Virus record (IMG/VR): IMGVR_UViG_3300026302_000105
Location: 1 to 50,822 of that record
Source: a virus
Lineage: Duplodnaviria; Caudoviricetes
DNA length: 50,822 bases
Strand: one strand, 5' to 3'
This document shows, piece after piece, positions 18,338 to 27,660 of the stretch. The position numbers and the translations under genes are program-made. The stretch's first letter is position 1. The number at the start of each line of letters is the position of its first letter. Under the pieces are notes generated by a model. That model did not search any database and was not told where the DNA came from. It worked only from the letters and a program-made list of their open reading frames with translations.

Positions 18338-18985
18338 TCAGGCGGGTGGCAGGCTGAACAGTCCGAGCGGGTCGTTGGGGTCGATGGCTGGCGCGGCCTG
18401 CGCTGCGGAAGGAAGAGGGACAGTGGCAGGCGCAGTTGCCGCGCTGCCTCGCCTCTGAGGCGCCGGCACAGGGTTTCCCTCTCCATCGAGGAAAGGCATC
18501 ATCTCGCCGCTGGCGGTGCGGCCGAACATGAAGCCGTCAATCTCATACTGGCCGTAAAGCCTCGGGCGCGATCCTCCTGCCGCACTGGACGCGCCACCCG
18601 CGCGCGGCGCCGACGATCTGCTGGCGCCACGGCCGGTGCCGGAAGCGCCAGGAAGCCGCAGTTCCTGCCGCAGCATGGTCGATGCGATGGACTCCAGAGG
18701 TCCGGGCAGGTCGCCCGATGACAAGACCGAAAGGAGATCCCGCGCGCGCTGTGTTGCGGCGCCCCCGGCCAGTTGGTTCAGCGCTTGCTGGCCGCTGACG
18801 TAGTTGCGCTTCTCGTCCATCTGCTGCGCGCGCCCTCCGATCATGGCCGAGGCCAGCGGTGCGAGAGCTGCGAGAAGAGGTGAACCAGACTGCTGCGCGC
18901 TGGAATTGGCGCCGCTGAGGGCCGACATGATCATGGGTAGCGCCTGCGCATTGCCCGCCATCCCACCGCCGAAAGCCTTGGCCAT
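18338..18985 (-). CDS. Putative internal virion/ejection protein
   Basis: Ala/Gly/Gln-rich; ends DPNDPLGLF; lies between pilot gene and giant gene. Confidence 0.65.
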   Translation of the reverse strand: MAKAFGGGMAGNAQALPMIMSALSGANSSAQQSGSPLLAALAPLASAMIGGRAQQMDEKRNYVSGQQALNQLAGGAATQRARDLLSVLSSGDLPGPLESIASTMLRQELRLPGASGTGRGASRSSAPRAGGASSAAGGSRPRLYGQYEIDGFMFGRTASGEMMPFLDGEGNPVPAPQRRGSAATAPATVPLPSAAQAAPAIDPNDPLGLFSLPPA

Positions 18986-20052
18986 CAGTGTACCCCCTCG
19001 CCGCGCATCTCACGCTCCATCACCTCGATCCGTCGCAGTGCCGATTGCAGGGCGCCGGCGAGAAGCCCGAGGTAGTCGATCACGTTGATGGTGCGGCCGT
19101 CGCCCAGCCCGGTGATGTCGCGGAAATGCTCGGCCATCGGGCCGATGTGTTGCTCGCCATGATCGCCGGCCGGCCGGTTGCTGTCGCGATAGCGCCACAC
19201 CGCCAGCGGCATCCTGCTCAGGGCTTCGGCTGCCCATGCGTCGCGCAGAGGGCCATCGATTTCCTTCGCCTCCATCGTGCATTTCAGAAGCATGCTTGCG
19301 CCGAGGCCACCCAGAGTGCTGGCGGTGTTCATTCTCTGCGCCTGCTGCGCCTGATACTGGGCCATTTCGTTCTGGTACTGCTGGCCGACCAGCCCCGAAT
19401 AATTCACGCTGGCCATGCTGCCCGACGGCATTGCATTCGGGGGGTTGTAGCCGCCGCCCATCGCCGCGGCGATCTCGGACATGGCGTTCTGGCGCAGGGC
19501 CGCGTCCAGCCCGAATTGCCGCGATTGCTCCTGGCCGGACGCGATGTCGGCATCCATGGCCAGCCGCGAGATCGTGTCCTGGGTTTGCTTGAGCTGCTCA
19601 CCATAGGCGTCATTGAAGCCCTCGGCCCCGACCGGGATACCGCGGGCCTGCAGGTTCGTCAGCAGGCGCTCGTTTGCCTTGTCGATCCCGGGAGACATCA
19701 TGGAGAACGCCCGGTCGAAGATCGACTGCGCGACATCACCCCGGTCTTGGACCTGCAAGCCCTGCGACAGAGTGCCCATGGACTGATCCAGCACGGTCCG
19801 CCCGAGGTCAATCGATGCGGGCTCGAACATCTGGCGCAGCGCCTGCTCGAACGGGCTCTCCACGTATTTCTGTGCGGCCTGCGCGCCCTGCGGAGCGACG
19901 CCCTGCACGAACTGCCCGGTAATGGGGTCCGTATAGCCGTTCAGGATCGACGAGCCGCCGGCGGAATAGATGTCCGGCCGGTTGAATTGCGCCTCGGCTG
20001 AGGCGGTTTCATACGGGTCCGGCGCTTCCGGTGCGTTGCTGCCCTTGCCCAT
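18985..20052 (-). CDS. Ejection/pilot protein with C-terminal peptidase S74-like chaperone domain
   Basis: MGKGS.APEAPDPYETA N-terminus, Gln-rich body, then WRY...HIGPMAEHF...IDYLG. Confidence 0.75.
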   Translation of the reverse strand: MGKGSNAPEAPDPYETASAEAQFNRPDIYSAGGSSILNGYTDPITGQFVQGVAPQGAQAAQKYVESPFEQALRQMFEPASIDLGRTVLDQSMGTLSQGLQVQDRGDVAQSIFDRAFSMMSPGIDKANERLLTNLQARGIPVGAEGFNDAYGEQLKQTQDTISRLAMDADIASGQEQSRQFGLDAALRQNAMSEIAAAMGGGYNPPNAMPSGSMASVNYSGLVGQQYQNEMAQYQAQQAQRMNTASTLGGLGASMLLKCTMEAKEIDGPLRDAWAAEALSRMPLAVWRYRDSNRPAGDHGEQHIGPMAEHFRDITGLGDGRTINVIDYLGLLAGALQSALRRIEVMEREMRGEGVH

Positions 20053-20473
20053 CGCTGATCCACCTGCATTCGTCTCTGAACATCTTCAGGACTAGCAGCG
20101 GGCCGCCGTCATGTGCGGCGAATGCCACGATCGCCTCCCCCTTGAACCCCAGCTTGGTCGCGAGATTGAGGGACGGAAGGTTGCTGCCAGGCACGGTCAC
20201 CGAAATCGCGTGACAGCCCAGCTGGATGAACGGAAAGGCGAAGAGCTTGAAAAGAGCGCTCCTGCTGGCCCATCCGCTGCCCGGCTCGGCAGCGATCGAC
20301 ACCTCGCAATGGACGCCGTTGAAGCGCTCATACATCACCCCGGCGACCAGTCCCGTCCCGCGGACGACACCAAGCGCCTTGGCGCCATCGCTGATCGACA
20401 TGCCGGGTATTCTCTTGGCGACCCACCTGCTGACCAGATGGTCGGCGCCATAGAGTACGTCGTCGACCAGCAT
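20009..20473 (-). CDS. GNAT-family N-acetyltransferase-like protein
   Basis: LVAGVMY...FPFIQLGC...N.PSLNLATKLGFKGE; TGATG coupling to the upstream gene. Confidence 0.8.
   Translation of the reverse strand: MLVDDVLYGADHLVSRWVAKRIPGMSISDGAKALGVVRGTGLVAGVMYERFNGVHCEVSIAAEPGSGWASRSALFKLFAFPFIQLGCHAISVTVPGSNLPSLNLATKLGFKGEAIVAFAAHDGGPLLVLKMFRDECRWISDGQGQQRTGSAGPV
20089..20123 (-). promoter_or_regulatory. Possible late promoter D (degenerate)
   Basis: ATTCGCCGCACA-N17-TAGTCC, 60 bp upstream of the pilot gene, inside the GNAT CDS. Confidence 0.4.
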
Positions 20474-21921
20474 CAAAGCACCCCGGCGCGCAGGCTGGTC
20501 AGCTCGCACCATTCCGCTGAAAGCTCGATGATCAGCTTGAAGGTCTCGCCCACCGCATCGACGGGAATCAGGTCATCCAGCGCGAAGAGTTGCCCGCGAC
20601 CGCGATGCGTCTCCAGAACCACCGTCTGTTTCGCCTCTCGAATATCGCGCGGGGTTTCCTGGTGATCGCTCAGCACGGTGATGCTGACGGTGACCTCGGA
20701 CGCCGCCGTCATCCCAATCTTTAGGAAGGTGATCCCGGTGGCGCGCGGCATCCTGAACCAGCCTGTCACCAAGCGGGCCGCGATCAGGTCGCCCTCCTTC
20801 GCCTGAACCACCCGGCAAAGTCGGCCATCATCGGCGGTGAACTCGGTGGCCGTCCCGAGGTTGTGCCAGGCAACGGCCGGGAAGTCAGCCTTCGCCCATG
20901 AGCCATCCTTGGGCCGGAATATGAACTGCTCGATCGTCTCCGCGATCCTGTTCACCACCACCATTGATCCGTCGTCGGCAGTGTGCATCTGCCAGCGCGC
21001 AGGCGTGGCGGCCATCTCCGTCACCTCCTCGGAGATCGCGGCCGAGACTGCGCCGACCAGCGCCAGCACGCTCTGCCGGATGGAATCGGAGAGCGAGATC
21101 ACCCCGGAGGCCGTGAACATCCAGAGATCGGCGCCCACCTGGGTGAAGGCCTCGCCGCCGAGAGGAGCGGCTGCGTTCACGCGGGTCAGAAGGCGCCAGT
21201 CGTTCGGATCGCCAGGATCCAGTCCCTCATAGGCCACTATCACGCCGGTGGTGGTGATAACCGCCAGCGTGTCGTTCATGCCGTGCCCGGCGTCGATCGT
21301 CATGCTGCGCAGGGCCGACAGCGAGCCGGTGATGTTGCCCAGCCGGCCCAGTGGAAACCTGATCCAGTTGCCGGATACTGCGCCCACCGTCTCGGGGTAG
21401 TAGAAATCGAGCGTCCCGCCCCGCACCCAGAACAGGAGCCGGTCCTGGTGCGCGATCACGCCGCTGAAGGTTGCCGGATTGACGCCCGCGATCTCGATCG
21501 ACATCTGCGTGAAGGCCGTCCCATCGAAGCGCACGGGCAAGCCTAGGCCATCAGCGATGATGGCGTTCCCGCTGATATAGGCGACATCGCAGGTGGCGGA
21601 ACTGGCGCGGGTGATGCTGGCCTCGCCGCACACCAGCCGGTCGGCGTGGACCTCGATGTAGCGCGTCTCGGAACCGAACTCGAACGGAATGCGCCGCAAG
21701 ACGGTCGAGGGCGCGGAAAGGGCCTGCACCTGGCGGCGCAACCGAAGCGATGAACCTGTGCTTTCCCAATTCAGGAACTCCCCTGCATAGATGCCGCTCA
21801 CCTCTGAGGTCTTGGCCTCGGTGTAGAGCCCCTTCAGCGGCAGCGGGATCGGGATCTCGCGCGCGAGCGCCCCGCCCGAGGCCCTTGTTGCCGCTCTCGC
21901 TCTCGCCCACTTCATGTTCAC
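20473..21921 (-). CDS. Tail hub/nozzle (P22 gp10-like head-closure) protein
   Basis: ~480 aa, beta-propeller-like composition; between adaptor and ejection genes. Confidence 0.65.
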   Translation of the reverse strand: MNMKWARARAATRASGGALAREIPIPLPLKGLYTEAKTSEVSGIYAGEFLNWESTGSSLRLRRQVQALSAPSTVLRRIPFEFGSETRYIEVHADRLVCGEASITRASSATCDVAYISGNAIIADGLGLPVRFDGTAFTQMSIEIAGVNPATFSGVIAHQDRLLFWVRGGTLDFYYPETVGAVSGNWIRFPLGRLGNITGSLSALRSMTIDAGHGMNDTLAVITTTGVIVAYEGLDPGDPNDWRLLTRVNAAAPLGGEAFTQVGADLWMFTASGVISLSDSIRQSVLALVGAVSAAISEEVTEMAATPARWQMHTADDGSMVVVNRIAETIEQFIFRPKDGSWAKADFPAVAWHNLGTATEFTADDGRLCRVVQAKEGDLIAARLVTGWFRMPRATGITFLKIGMTAASEVTVSITVLSDHQETPRDIREAKQTVVLETHRGRGQLFALDDLIPVDAVGETFKLIIELSAEWCELTSLRAGVL

Positions 21922-22544
21922 ACCTTGATCAGCCAGTTGACGCCAATGACGGGCGGCAGGATGTCGATGCTGGCCCCGCCTCCCGTCTCCTCGATCGAGA
22001 TCCCGGTCACAGCCTGTTCCACCGTGCCGTCGGCCGAGGTGTCGCCTGTGGTGCCGGCCTCGGCCGCTCCGACATCCGTGCCCTCAGCGGCGGCAGCATC
22101 GACGACGGCGGCAGCGGAATGGCTGTGGGGGGTTGGGTTAAAGCTGTGGCCGTGGCCAGGGTCCGTAACGGCGTGCCCGTGGGCAGGAAGCTGGCTGACC
22201 GAGAGCGTGATCAGACGGTTGCCCGCAAGCGCGCCCAGGGCGACATCGCCACCGGCGCCGAACATGGCGCGTCCCTGAAGGTTTGGCAGGTTGAAGTTGG
22301 CCTCGGTCGCCCCATAGGCATCCCCGATGATCGCATAGAGGTCGGCGAACGCGGCCTTGGAGAGCGCCTGCCCGTTCAGCAGCTTCCATGAGGCATTGGG
22401 CTCCTCCGAGGCCATCGTCGGAACGATGGATCCCGTGGGAATCAGCAGCGTCTCGATCGCAGCGATGATCTCTTCAAGGTTGTCGTCGGGAATGTCATAG
22501 GTTCTGGTGCGCCGGCGGTTTCTCGTGACCGCTGGGATCGCCAT
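21918..22544 (-). CDS. Tail collar domain protein
   Basis: PTGSI...WKLLNGQ...LYAIIG..YG...FNLPNLQGR...QLPAHGH. Confidence 0.85.
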   Translation of the reverse strand: MAIPAVTRNRRRTRTYDIPDDNLEEIIAAIETLLIPTGSIVPTMASEEPNASWKLLNGQALSKAAFADLYAIIGDAYGATEANFNLPNLQGRAMFGAGGDVALGALAGNRLITLSVSQLPAHGHAVTDPGHGHSFNPTPHSHSAAAVVDAAAAEGTDVGAAEAGTTGDTSADGTVEQAVTGISIEETGGGASIDILPPVIGVNWLIKV

Positions 22545-23491
22545 CAGGACACCAGCCAGCGCCCGCCGCCCAGCGGGAGCGCGTCATATTCGGTCGCGCA
22601 TGCGCCGATGCGGAAAGGGCGGGCGCCACCTGCATCGGTGGCGGCAGCCACAGCCATCTCCGCCTCATAATCGGCGGCATGCTCCGCATAGGGCAGCCCG
22701 AGGGCGCGGCGGAGGCGATACGTCATGCCCAACGAAAGGACGTGATCGTCGGAGAAGACGGGGCGATCATCATCGGCCGTAAACTCGGGGCGCCGCACCT
22801 CGGGGATCGGTTGGCTCAGGGCTTGCGGGTTCACGCGCTTCAGGATCTCGCTGGGCTCGACCGGCCAGACCCCCTCGTCCCAGCCCGGGGGCGTCTCGTC
22901 GAAGGTGATGTTGCCGCTGCCATCCGGGGATTCCAGCACCGTCGACGGGGCCAGCCAGCCATCGCGGGGCACCACCGGCTCGATGGTGACAGGCAGGTTG
23001 CTGGCCGCATAATCGCCAGACTTCACCGGCGAAACCACCGGGTAGCGCGAGATATACTCGATCACCACCAGTTCGGTCGCCTGCGGGACTGGCTCGATGT
23101 TCAGCGTGTTGTTCTTGATCCGCCAGCCCATCGGTGAGGCGACGGCGGCGCCACCATAGAGCCAAGCGGCCCAAGCTTGGGGCGTGGCTGGGCCGATCAG
23201 GCCCATGGGATAGGCGCCGCGCGTTTCGGTGCCGGGGATCATGCGCAGAAAGTCGGGTGGCAGCTGGTAGGAAAAGCGTCCCGGCAGCAGGGAAAAGACC
23301 CATTGCGAATGGAAGTCGGAGAGCCCCACGAATTCGGTGCCGCGCAGGTATTCCCGCATCGTGTCCACGGCGGCAATACGAAGCGCCCGGGCGATGCGGG
23401 TGTTCTCGGTGAAAAGCGAACGAGGCGGCGGGGCGGTATTGTCCCGCTCCGCCGCCTCCCGCGCGATTTCAAGGATGGTTCGCGTCCCCAT
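22544..23491 (-). CDS. Head-tail adaptor (tail tubular A/gp4-like)
   Basis: TILEIA..., Y.LPPDF, WRIKNNTLNIEP motifs; position after capsid. Confidence 0.7.
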   Translation of the reverse strand: MGTRTILEIAREAAERDNTAPPPRSLFTENTRIARALRIAAVDTMREYLRGTEFVGLSDFHSQWVFSLLPGRFSYQLPPDFLRMIPGTETRGAYPMGLIGPATPQAWAAWLYGGAAVASPMGWRIKNNTLNIEPVPQATELVVIEYISRYPVVSPVKSGDYAASNLPVTIEPVVPRDGWLAPSTVLESPDGSGNITFDETPPGWDEGVWPVEPSEILKRVNPQALSQPIPEVRRPEFTADDDRPVFSDDHVLSLGMTYRLRRALGLPYAEHAADYEAEMAVAAATDAGGARPFRIGACATEYDALPLGGGRWLVS

Positions 23492-23503
23492 GTCCGCCCC
23501 CGA

Positions 23504-24247
23504 TTATGCGAGCGGATCGCTCAGCAGGTCGTTGTTGCCTTGTACCGAGGAGAAATCGGACTCTTCACCGATGCCAGGCATGGTGGACGGATCCGGCAGA
23601 TCCTCGCCCTCCGCTTCGGCGGCGGCCGGCGCCGCAGGAGCTGCCCGGCCACCCATGCTGGACAAAGCGTCGTTCTTCGCCGCCAGCGCGGCGTTCTGCG
23701 CCTCAAGCCGGGCGATGGTGGCGCGCAGCTCGCGCGCTTCCTGGTCGCGCCTGGCCTCACGCTCGGCCTCGCTGATCTTGTCCGAAGCGGCATCGCGGCG
23801 CCCGGCCCATCCGGTTGCGAGCTTGTGGGCCACGGCGATCTCGCGCCCGATGTTCTGCGCCTGATCGGCTGAGAGGCTGCAGAGATCTTCGACGCTGCGG
23901 ATGCCGGAAATGAGGAGCTGACCGACCTGCGACATGGTGATGCCTGGGAGTTCCGTCAGCGGCGTGCCGGTCGACGGCAGGTCAGCGCTGCGGGTGAAGG
24001 CGTCATACTGCGCGGGGAAGCGCTCGCGGGCCTCCTTCTCGTCGATGTACTTGGTGGAGATCGTGTAGCGGTCGCCAATGGGCGTCATGGCCACGCAAAG
24101 CTGGGTGCGGAAGGCCGACTTGCCGCGGGACTGGGGGACGCGCTGGTAGAAGAAATGGGCGCTCACACCACCTTCGCCTCGTGAGGCGACGAAGCCCAGG
24201 TGCGAGCTGAGATCCTTGGCGGTGGCGTCCGAGACATAGGCGTTCAT
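23504..24247 (-). CDS. Hypothetical protein with HhH-like segment and coiled coil
   Basis: GTPLTELPGI...GIRSVEDL; GGAG RBS. Confidence 0.75.
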   Translation of the reverse strand: MNAYVSDATAKDLSSHLGFVASRGEGGVSAHFFYQRVPQSRGKSAFRTQLCVAMTPIGDRYTISTKYIDEKEARERFPAQYDAFTRSADLPSTGTPLTELPGITMSQVGQLLISGIRSVEDLCSLSADQAQNIGREIAVAHKLATGWAGRRDAASDKISEAEREARRDQEARELRATIARLEAQNAALAAKNDALSSMGGRAAPAAPAAAEAEGEDLPDPSTMPGIGEESDFSSVQGNNDLLSDPLA

Positions 24248-24277
24248 GCTTTACTCCGTGGGGCGAGAAGCGGGGAA

Positions 24278-24300
24278 GCGCGGGCGAAGGCCGCCCGCGC
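24278..24300 (-). terminator. Hairpin downstream of major capsid gene
   Basis: Perfect 9-bp stem GCGCGGGCG/CGCCCGCGC, 5-nt loop, pyrimidine-rich tail. Confidence 0.6.
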
Positions 24301-24307
24301 CACTCGA

Positions 24308-25264
24308 TTACTGCGAGAGAACGCCGTTCAGCATCCGGTTGTTGCAGATGAAGTTGCCCATGCCGGCAAGGATCGAGGTCTCGGAGTCCTCGGTCAGGGG
24401 GCGTTTGGGGCCACCCAGAACGACGTTGTTCCGGTTCTTGTGCATGATCATCTCGATCGTGCCCAGGTTCAGGAAGCGCATCGCCGCCGGAGCATAGCCG
24501 CCCATGCCCCCGTCGAAGACGACCGGCGTGGTGTGGAACATGAGGTTGTCGAAACCGGCGGCCGCCAGTTTCTTGTCCATGAACCGCTGCTGCTGCTGGA
24601 TGCCGGTCGCATAGGCCGTGTACCAGGTGTTGTCCGAGTAGATCAGGTTCGGCTTGTCGGTCCCGCGCTGCAGCTTCATGTAGAGCGCCAGCATGTCCTC
24701 GTAGGCGGTATCCTTGTCGGGCGCCGAGCCGGTCGCGACCCGCTGGTTGTCCCACCAGGTATAGGTGCCGGAGTTGATGCCGCCATAGGTCGAGCCGGCC
24801 GCCGACGAGATCATCAGCTGCATGCCGCCCATTTCCTTGCCGCCGGAGCCGGTGCCGTCGCCATGCGCGGACTTGTGCAGCTGGTTCTGGATGGTCTTCT
24901 CGGCGTGCTGCATCCGGGCGCGCATCTGGTTGATGATCTGCTCGGAGCCGCTGTTCTGCAGCATTTCGAGGCCCGACATCGAGACGGCGACGGCATATTG
25001 CTTCCACGGCACCTCGGCGTCGGTCAGGACTTCCTGCCCGGCGACGTTCAGGGCATCACGCCCGGTGTACCATTGGAAGTTGGCGTTCTCGTCCCCGACC
25101 ATGATCGGCGTGAGGATGGTATAGCCGCCGCCGATGGTGCGGATGCGGCCGCGCCGGCGCAGCTCGTACAGCAGGATGTTGTTCTTCGAGATGGCATCCG
25201 CGATTGCCTTGCGACGATGCGCAAGGGTCGACGCAAGCACCTCACCCCAGGTCGGATTCGCCAT
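24308..25264 (-). CDS. Major capsid protein
   Basis: 318 aa after scaffold; strong AAAGGAGA RBS; highly biased codons; GGY.I..PI, WKQYAV.V, GF.NL motifs. Confidence 0.88.
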   Translation of the reverse strand: MANPTWGEVLASTLAHRRKAIADAISKNNILLYELRRRGRIRTIGGGYTILTPIMVGDENANFQWYTGRDALNVAGQEVLTDAEVPWKQYAVAVSMSGLEMLQNSGSEQIINQMRARMQHAEKTIQNQLHKSAHGDGTGSGGKEMGGMQLMISSAAGSTYGGINSGTYTWWDNQRVATGSAPDKDTAYEDMLALYMKLQRGTDKPNLIYSDNTWYTAYATGIQQQQRFMDKKLAAAGFDNLMFHTTPVVFDGGMGGYAPAAMRFLNLGTIEMIMHKNRNNVVLGGPKRPLTEDSETSILAGMGNFICNNRMLNGVLSQ

Positions 25265-25293
25265 TGTGTTCTCCTTTCGGCGAATCCCGCGCT

Positions 25294-26490
25294 TCAGCCG
25301 CTGAAATGCGAGCCGACGAAGTGCCTCAGCGTCTCATCCAGAGACGCATCCGCTCTCAACGCGGGTTGACGGGTGGCGCCCTGGCCGGTGCCGTCGATTG
25401 ATTTGCTGGCACGCTGCGCCTTCTGGGCAGCGGCCGCCTTGTCTTTCACCTGTTCTGCCACCGTCTTCTGTGGCTGTGCGGCGGGAGTGGGCGCTGGAGC
25501 GGCCTGATAGCCGGTCGCGGCCCGAAGCTCGGCCTCAGCGGTGGTGTAGAAGCGGCCCAGATCCTCCTCGGTCACCGGCCGCCCGGTGGCGCGCAGGTGC
25601 TCCTGCGCCAGCCCAGCAATACGTCCTTCGAGGTGCTTGAACAGCGGGCGAAGAGGCTGGCCATCGGGGCCGGTGGCATTGACGAAGCTGGTGAGCCGGT
25701 CGCGAGCGTCTTCGGCGGCGCGACGCAGGGGCGCGTCGGGGCCGAACTGCGCGGCCTGTTGCTGCCGGGCTTTAAGCTGGCGGTTCTCCTCGTAGACGGC
25801 GCGGGTCCGCTCGTCCATGAATTCGAGGTCATCGTCGTCGGACTGATCCTTGACCAGCTTGTAACCGAGGTGCTTGGCGGCATTCTCCAGCACCTGCGCG
25901 GGATTGTCGCCGCCGGTCTGCTGGGCGACCCAAGCGAGGTATTCGTCCGGCTTTTGCTGGGCGAAGGCGTTCAGGTCGAGCATGCGCTTCATTGCGGTGG
26001 CAGCATCGACGCCGTGGAGCTTCATCTCGGCTTCGCGCCCCTTGAAGATGCCCAGCACGCTGTCGGCCTGACCGATGCGGCGGGTAATCTCTCCGCGGCG
26101 GGCGTCGTCGAGGCCGGACAGCAGGTCCGAGGTGCTGGCGCTGGTCAGATCAGCCGGAAGGTCGTCCTTGGCGGCGGCCTGGGTGTCCTCGCCATCCGCC
26201 GCCGGAGCGGTATCATCGCCACCGACGCCCGGCTGGGCATCCTCGGCCTTGGCCTGAACATCTTCCTTGGGTGCGCCCTTGACCTTGGCGTCGTCGATCA
26301 GGCCGAGGCCATCCTCTTCGGAGATCGTCTCGACAACCACCTGGTCTTCGATCGGGGCGTCCAGTCCGAGGCCGTCGTTCTCTTCCTCGTTCTGCGCCTT
26401 GAGCAGAGGCTCGATCGCGGCGCGCAGCTGCGCGTCCAGCTCGTCGTCCTCGTGACCGTTTTCGTCGATGTCGTCGTTGAAGTCAGGCAT
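25294..26490 (-). CDS. Capsid scaffolding protein
   Basis: Acidic N-terminus, helical body, directly upstream of capsid. Confidence 0.75.
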   Translation of the reverse strand: MPDFNDDIDENGHEDDELDAQLRAAIEPLLKAQNEEENDGLGLDAPIEDQVVVETISEEDGLGLIDDAKVKGAPKEDVQAKAEDAQPGVGGDDTAPAADGEDTQAAAKDDLPADLTSASTSDLLSGLDDARRGEITRRIGQADSVLGIFKGREAEMKLHGVDAATAMKRMLDLNAFAQQKPDEYLAWVAQQTGGDNPAQVLENAAKHLGYKLVKDQSDDDDLEFMDERTRAVYEENRQLKARQQQAAQFGPDAPLRRAAEDARDRLTSFVNATGPDGQPLRPLFKHLEGRIAGLAQEHLRATGRPVTEEDLGRFYTTAEAELRAATGYQAAPAPTPAAQPQKTVAEQVKDKAAAAQKAQRASKSIDGTGQGATRQPALRADASLDETLRHFVGSHFSG

Positions 26491-26523
26491 GTCGCTCTCC
26501 GTGGGGTGAAATCGCGTGTGATC

Positions 26524-26558
26524 ACGATGTCAGCCCGGGGGCGCGACGTGCGGCGAAA
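26524..26558 (-). promoter_or_regulatory. Putative late promoter C
   Basis: TTTCGCCGCACG-N17-CATCGT, intergenic before scaffold-capsid. Confidence 0.7.
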
Positions 26559-26560
26559 CG

Positions 26561-26794
26561 TCAGCGGATGCGGTCAGCTTCGGCCAGTGCCATGGCTTGC
26601 ATTGCAGCCTGACCGGCTTCGACCAGCTTCTGTCGCGCGACGTGCCGGAGACGCGCGGCCTCGCCAGGCGCTTGGCGCAGGGGCAACGCTGCATCGACCG
26701 AGGCAAGAAAAGCGTCGGCGTGCCGATTCAGCGCTTCGCGCAGGCGGTCGGCGTCGTGGCTCTGGCTCGGCGGGGGAACGATCTGCGGTTTCAC
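26561..26794 (-). CDS. Small helical-hairpin protein, Acb2/Tad1-like
   Basis: GTGA-coupled; two helices, second one ARLRHVARQKLVEAGQAAMQAMA. Confidence 0.5.
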   Translation of the reverse strand: MKPQIVPPPSQSHDADRLREALNRHADAFLASVDAALPLRQAPGEAARLRHVARQKLVEAGQAAMQAMALAEADRIR

Positions 26795-27285
26795 TCGATG
26801 GCCTCCACGGCGTCAACGTCAATCTCGGTGCCCTCGGCAAGGCTGCCTTCCTCGAGCGGCGCCGCGAACATATCCGGGGTGTAATAATCGGTGTCGGTGT
26901 TTTTCATCTGGATGATGGTCGCGGTGATCTCGTCCAGCTGCTTGCGGTCTTCGACCCAGGTATTCCGGTGGCCAACACCTTCGTCATATTCGACGAAATC
27001 GTGGCGCTCCATGTATTCGCGCTTCGCCTTGCGATCGCCGATGATCTCGGGCTCGCCAACGGCACCGGCCACGAACTCGTCGAAACGAGGGGCCAGTTGC
27101 GGCGCGGCGAGATGTGAGCGCGGCGGGGCCGGTGCCCGGCAGTTGTGCGGAACGCGACCGGCTGGATGCCACCCGCCGCAGGTCTTGCAGAGACGGGACC
27201 GGCCGGGCGCGCTATCCAGCGGATCGCGCGGGCCGAAGATGCGGGCGTATTCTCCGCCCAGATCGGACATGGCGGCGCGGGTCAT
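26791..27285 (-). CDS. Hypothetical protein with CxxC..H..C motif
   Basis: CKTCGGWH...PHNC; ATGA-coupled start at 27285. Confidence 0.7.
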   Translation of the reverse strand: MTRAAMSDLGGEYARIFGPRDPLDSAPGRSRLCKTCGGWHPAGRVPHNCRAPAPPRSHLAAPQLAPRFDEFVAGAVGEPEIIGDRKAKREYMERHDFVEYDEGVGHRNTWVEDRKQLDEITATIIQMKNTDTDYYTPDMFAAPLEEGSLAEGTEIDVDAVEAIE

Positions 27286-27374
27286 GCTTGGCTCCGCAGA
27301 ATTGCGCGCTCGATCGCGTCGATGATTTCGCGTTGGCGCAGAAGCGCAGCGCGCATCTGTTCTGCCCAGGACAT
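27282..27374 (-). CDS. 30-aa micro-ORF (MSWAEQMRAALLRQREIIDAIERAILRSQA)
   Basis: Not in the ORF track. GAGGAGG RBS, TGATG overlap upstream, ATGA overlap downstream. Confidence 0.6.
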   Translation of the reverse strand: MSWAEQMRAALLRQREIIDAIERAILRSQA

Positions 27375-27643
27375 CACACCGCCTCCTCGAACTGCGCCCG
27401 GAACTCGGCATCCCCTATGACAGCGAAGCCGTCAGCGCTCTTCACAATCCACTCTCCCGGGCGCGCGATGGTCTGACCGCTGTCGTTGGGAAGGTCCAGC
27501 AGGTGGCCCATGGCGTCGGAAGCGATGGCCGCGCAACACCAGACCGCGATGGTCGACCACATCGCGGCCTCCTCCGGCCCGCGGCGGGGATCGGGCAGCC
27601 GGTAAGCATCGACGATAACGGGGCGGGGACGGTACTTGGGCAT
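27374..27643 (-). CDS. Small phage protein of KKPV..EA/GDWII/F..TYE-like family
   Basis: KYRPRPVIVDA...ARPGEWIVK...EFRAQFE; AGGAG RBS. Confidence 0.75.
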   Translation of the reverse strand: MPKYRPRPVIVDAYRLPDPRRGPEEAAMWSTIAVWCCAAIASDAMGHLLDLPNDSGQTIARPGEWIVKSADGFAVIGDAEFRAQFEEAV

Positions 27644-27660
27644 CGTGGGAATGCTCCTGT

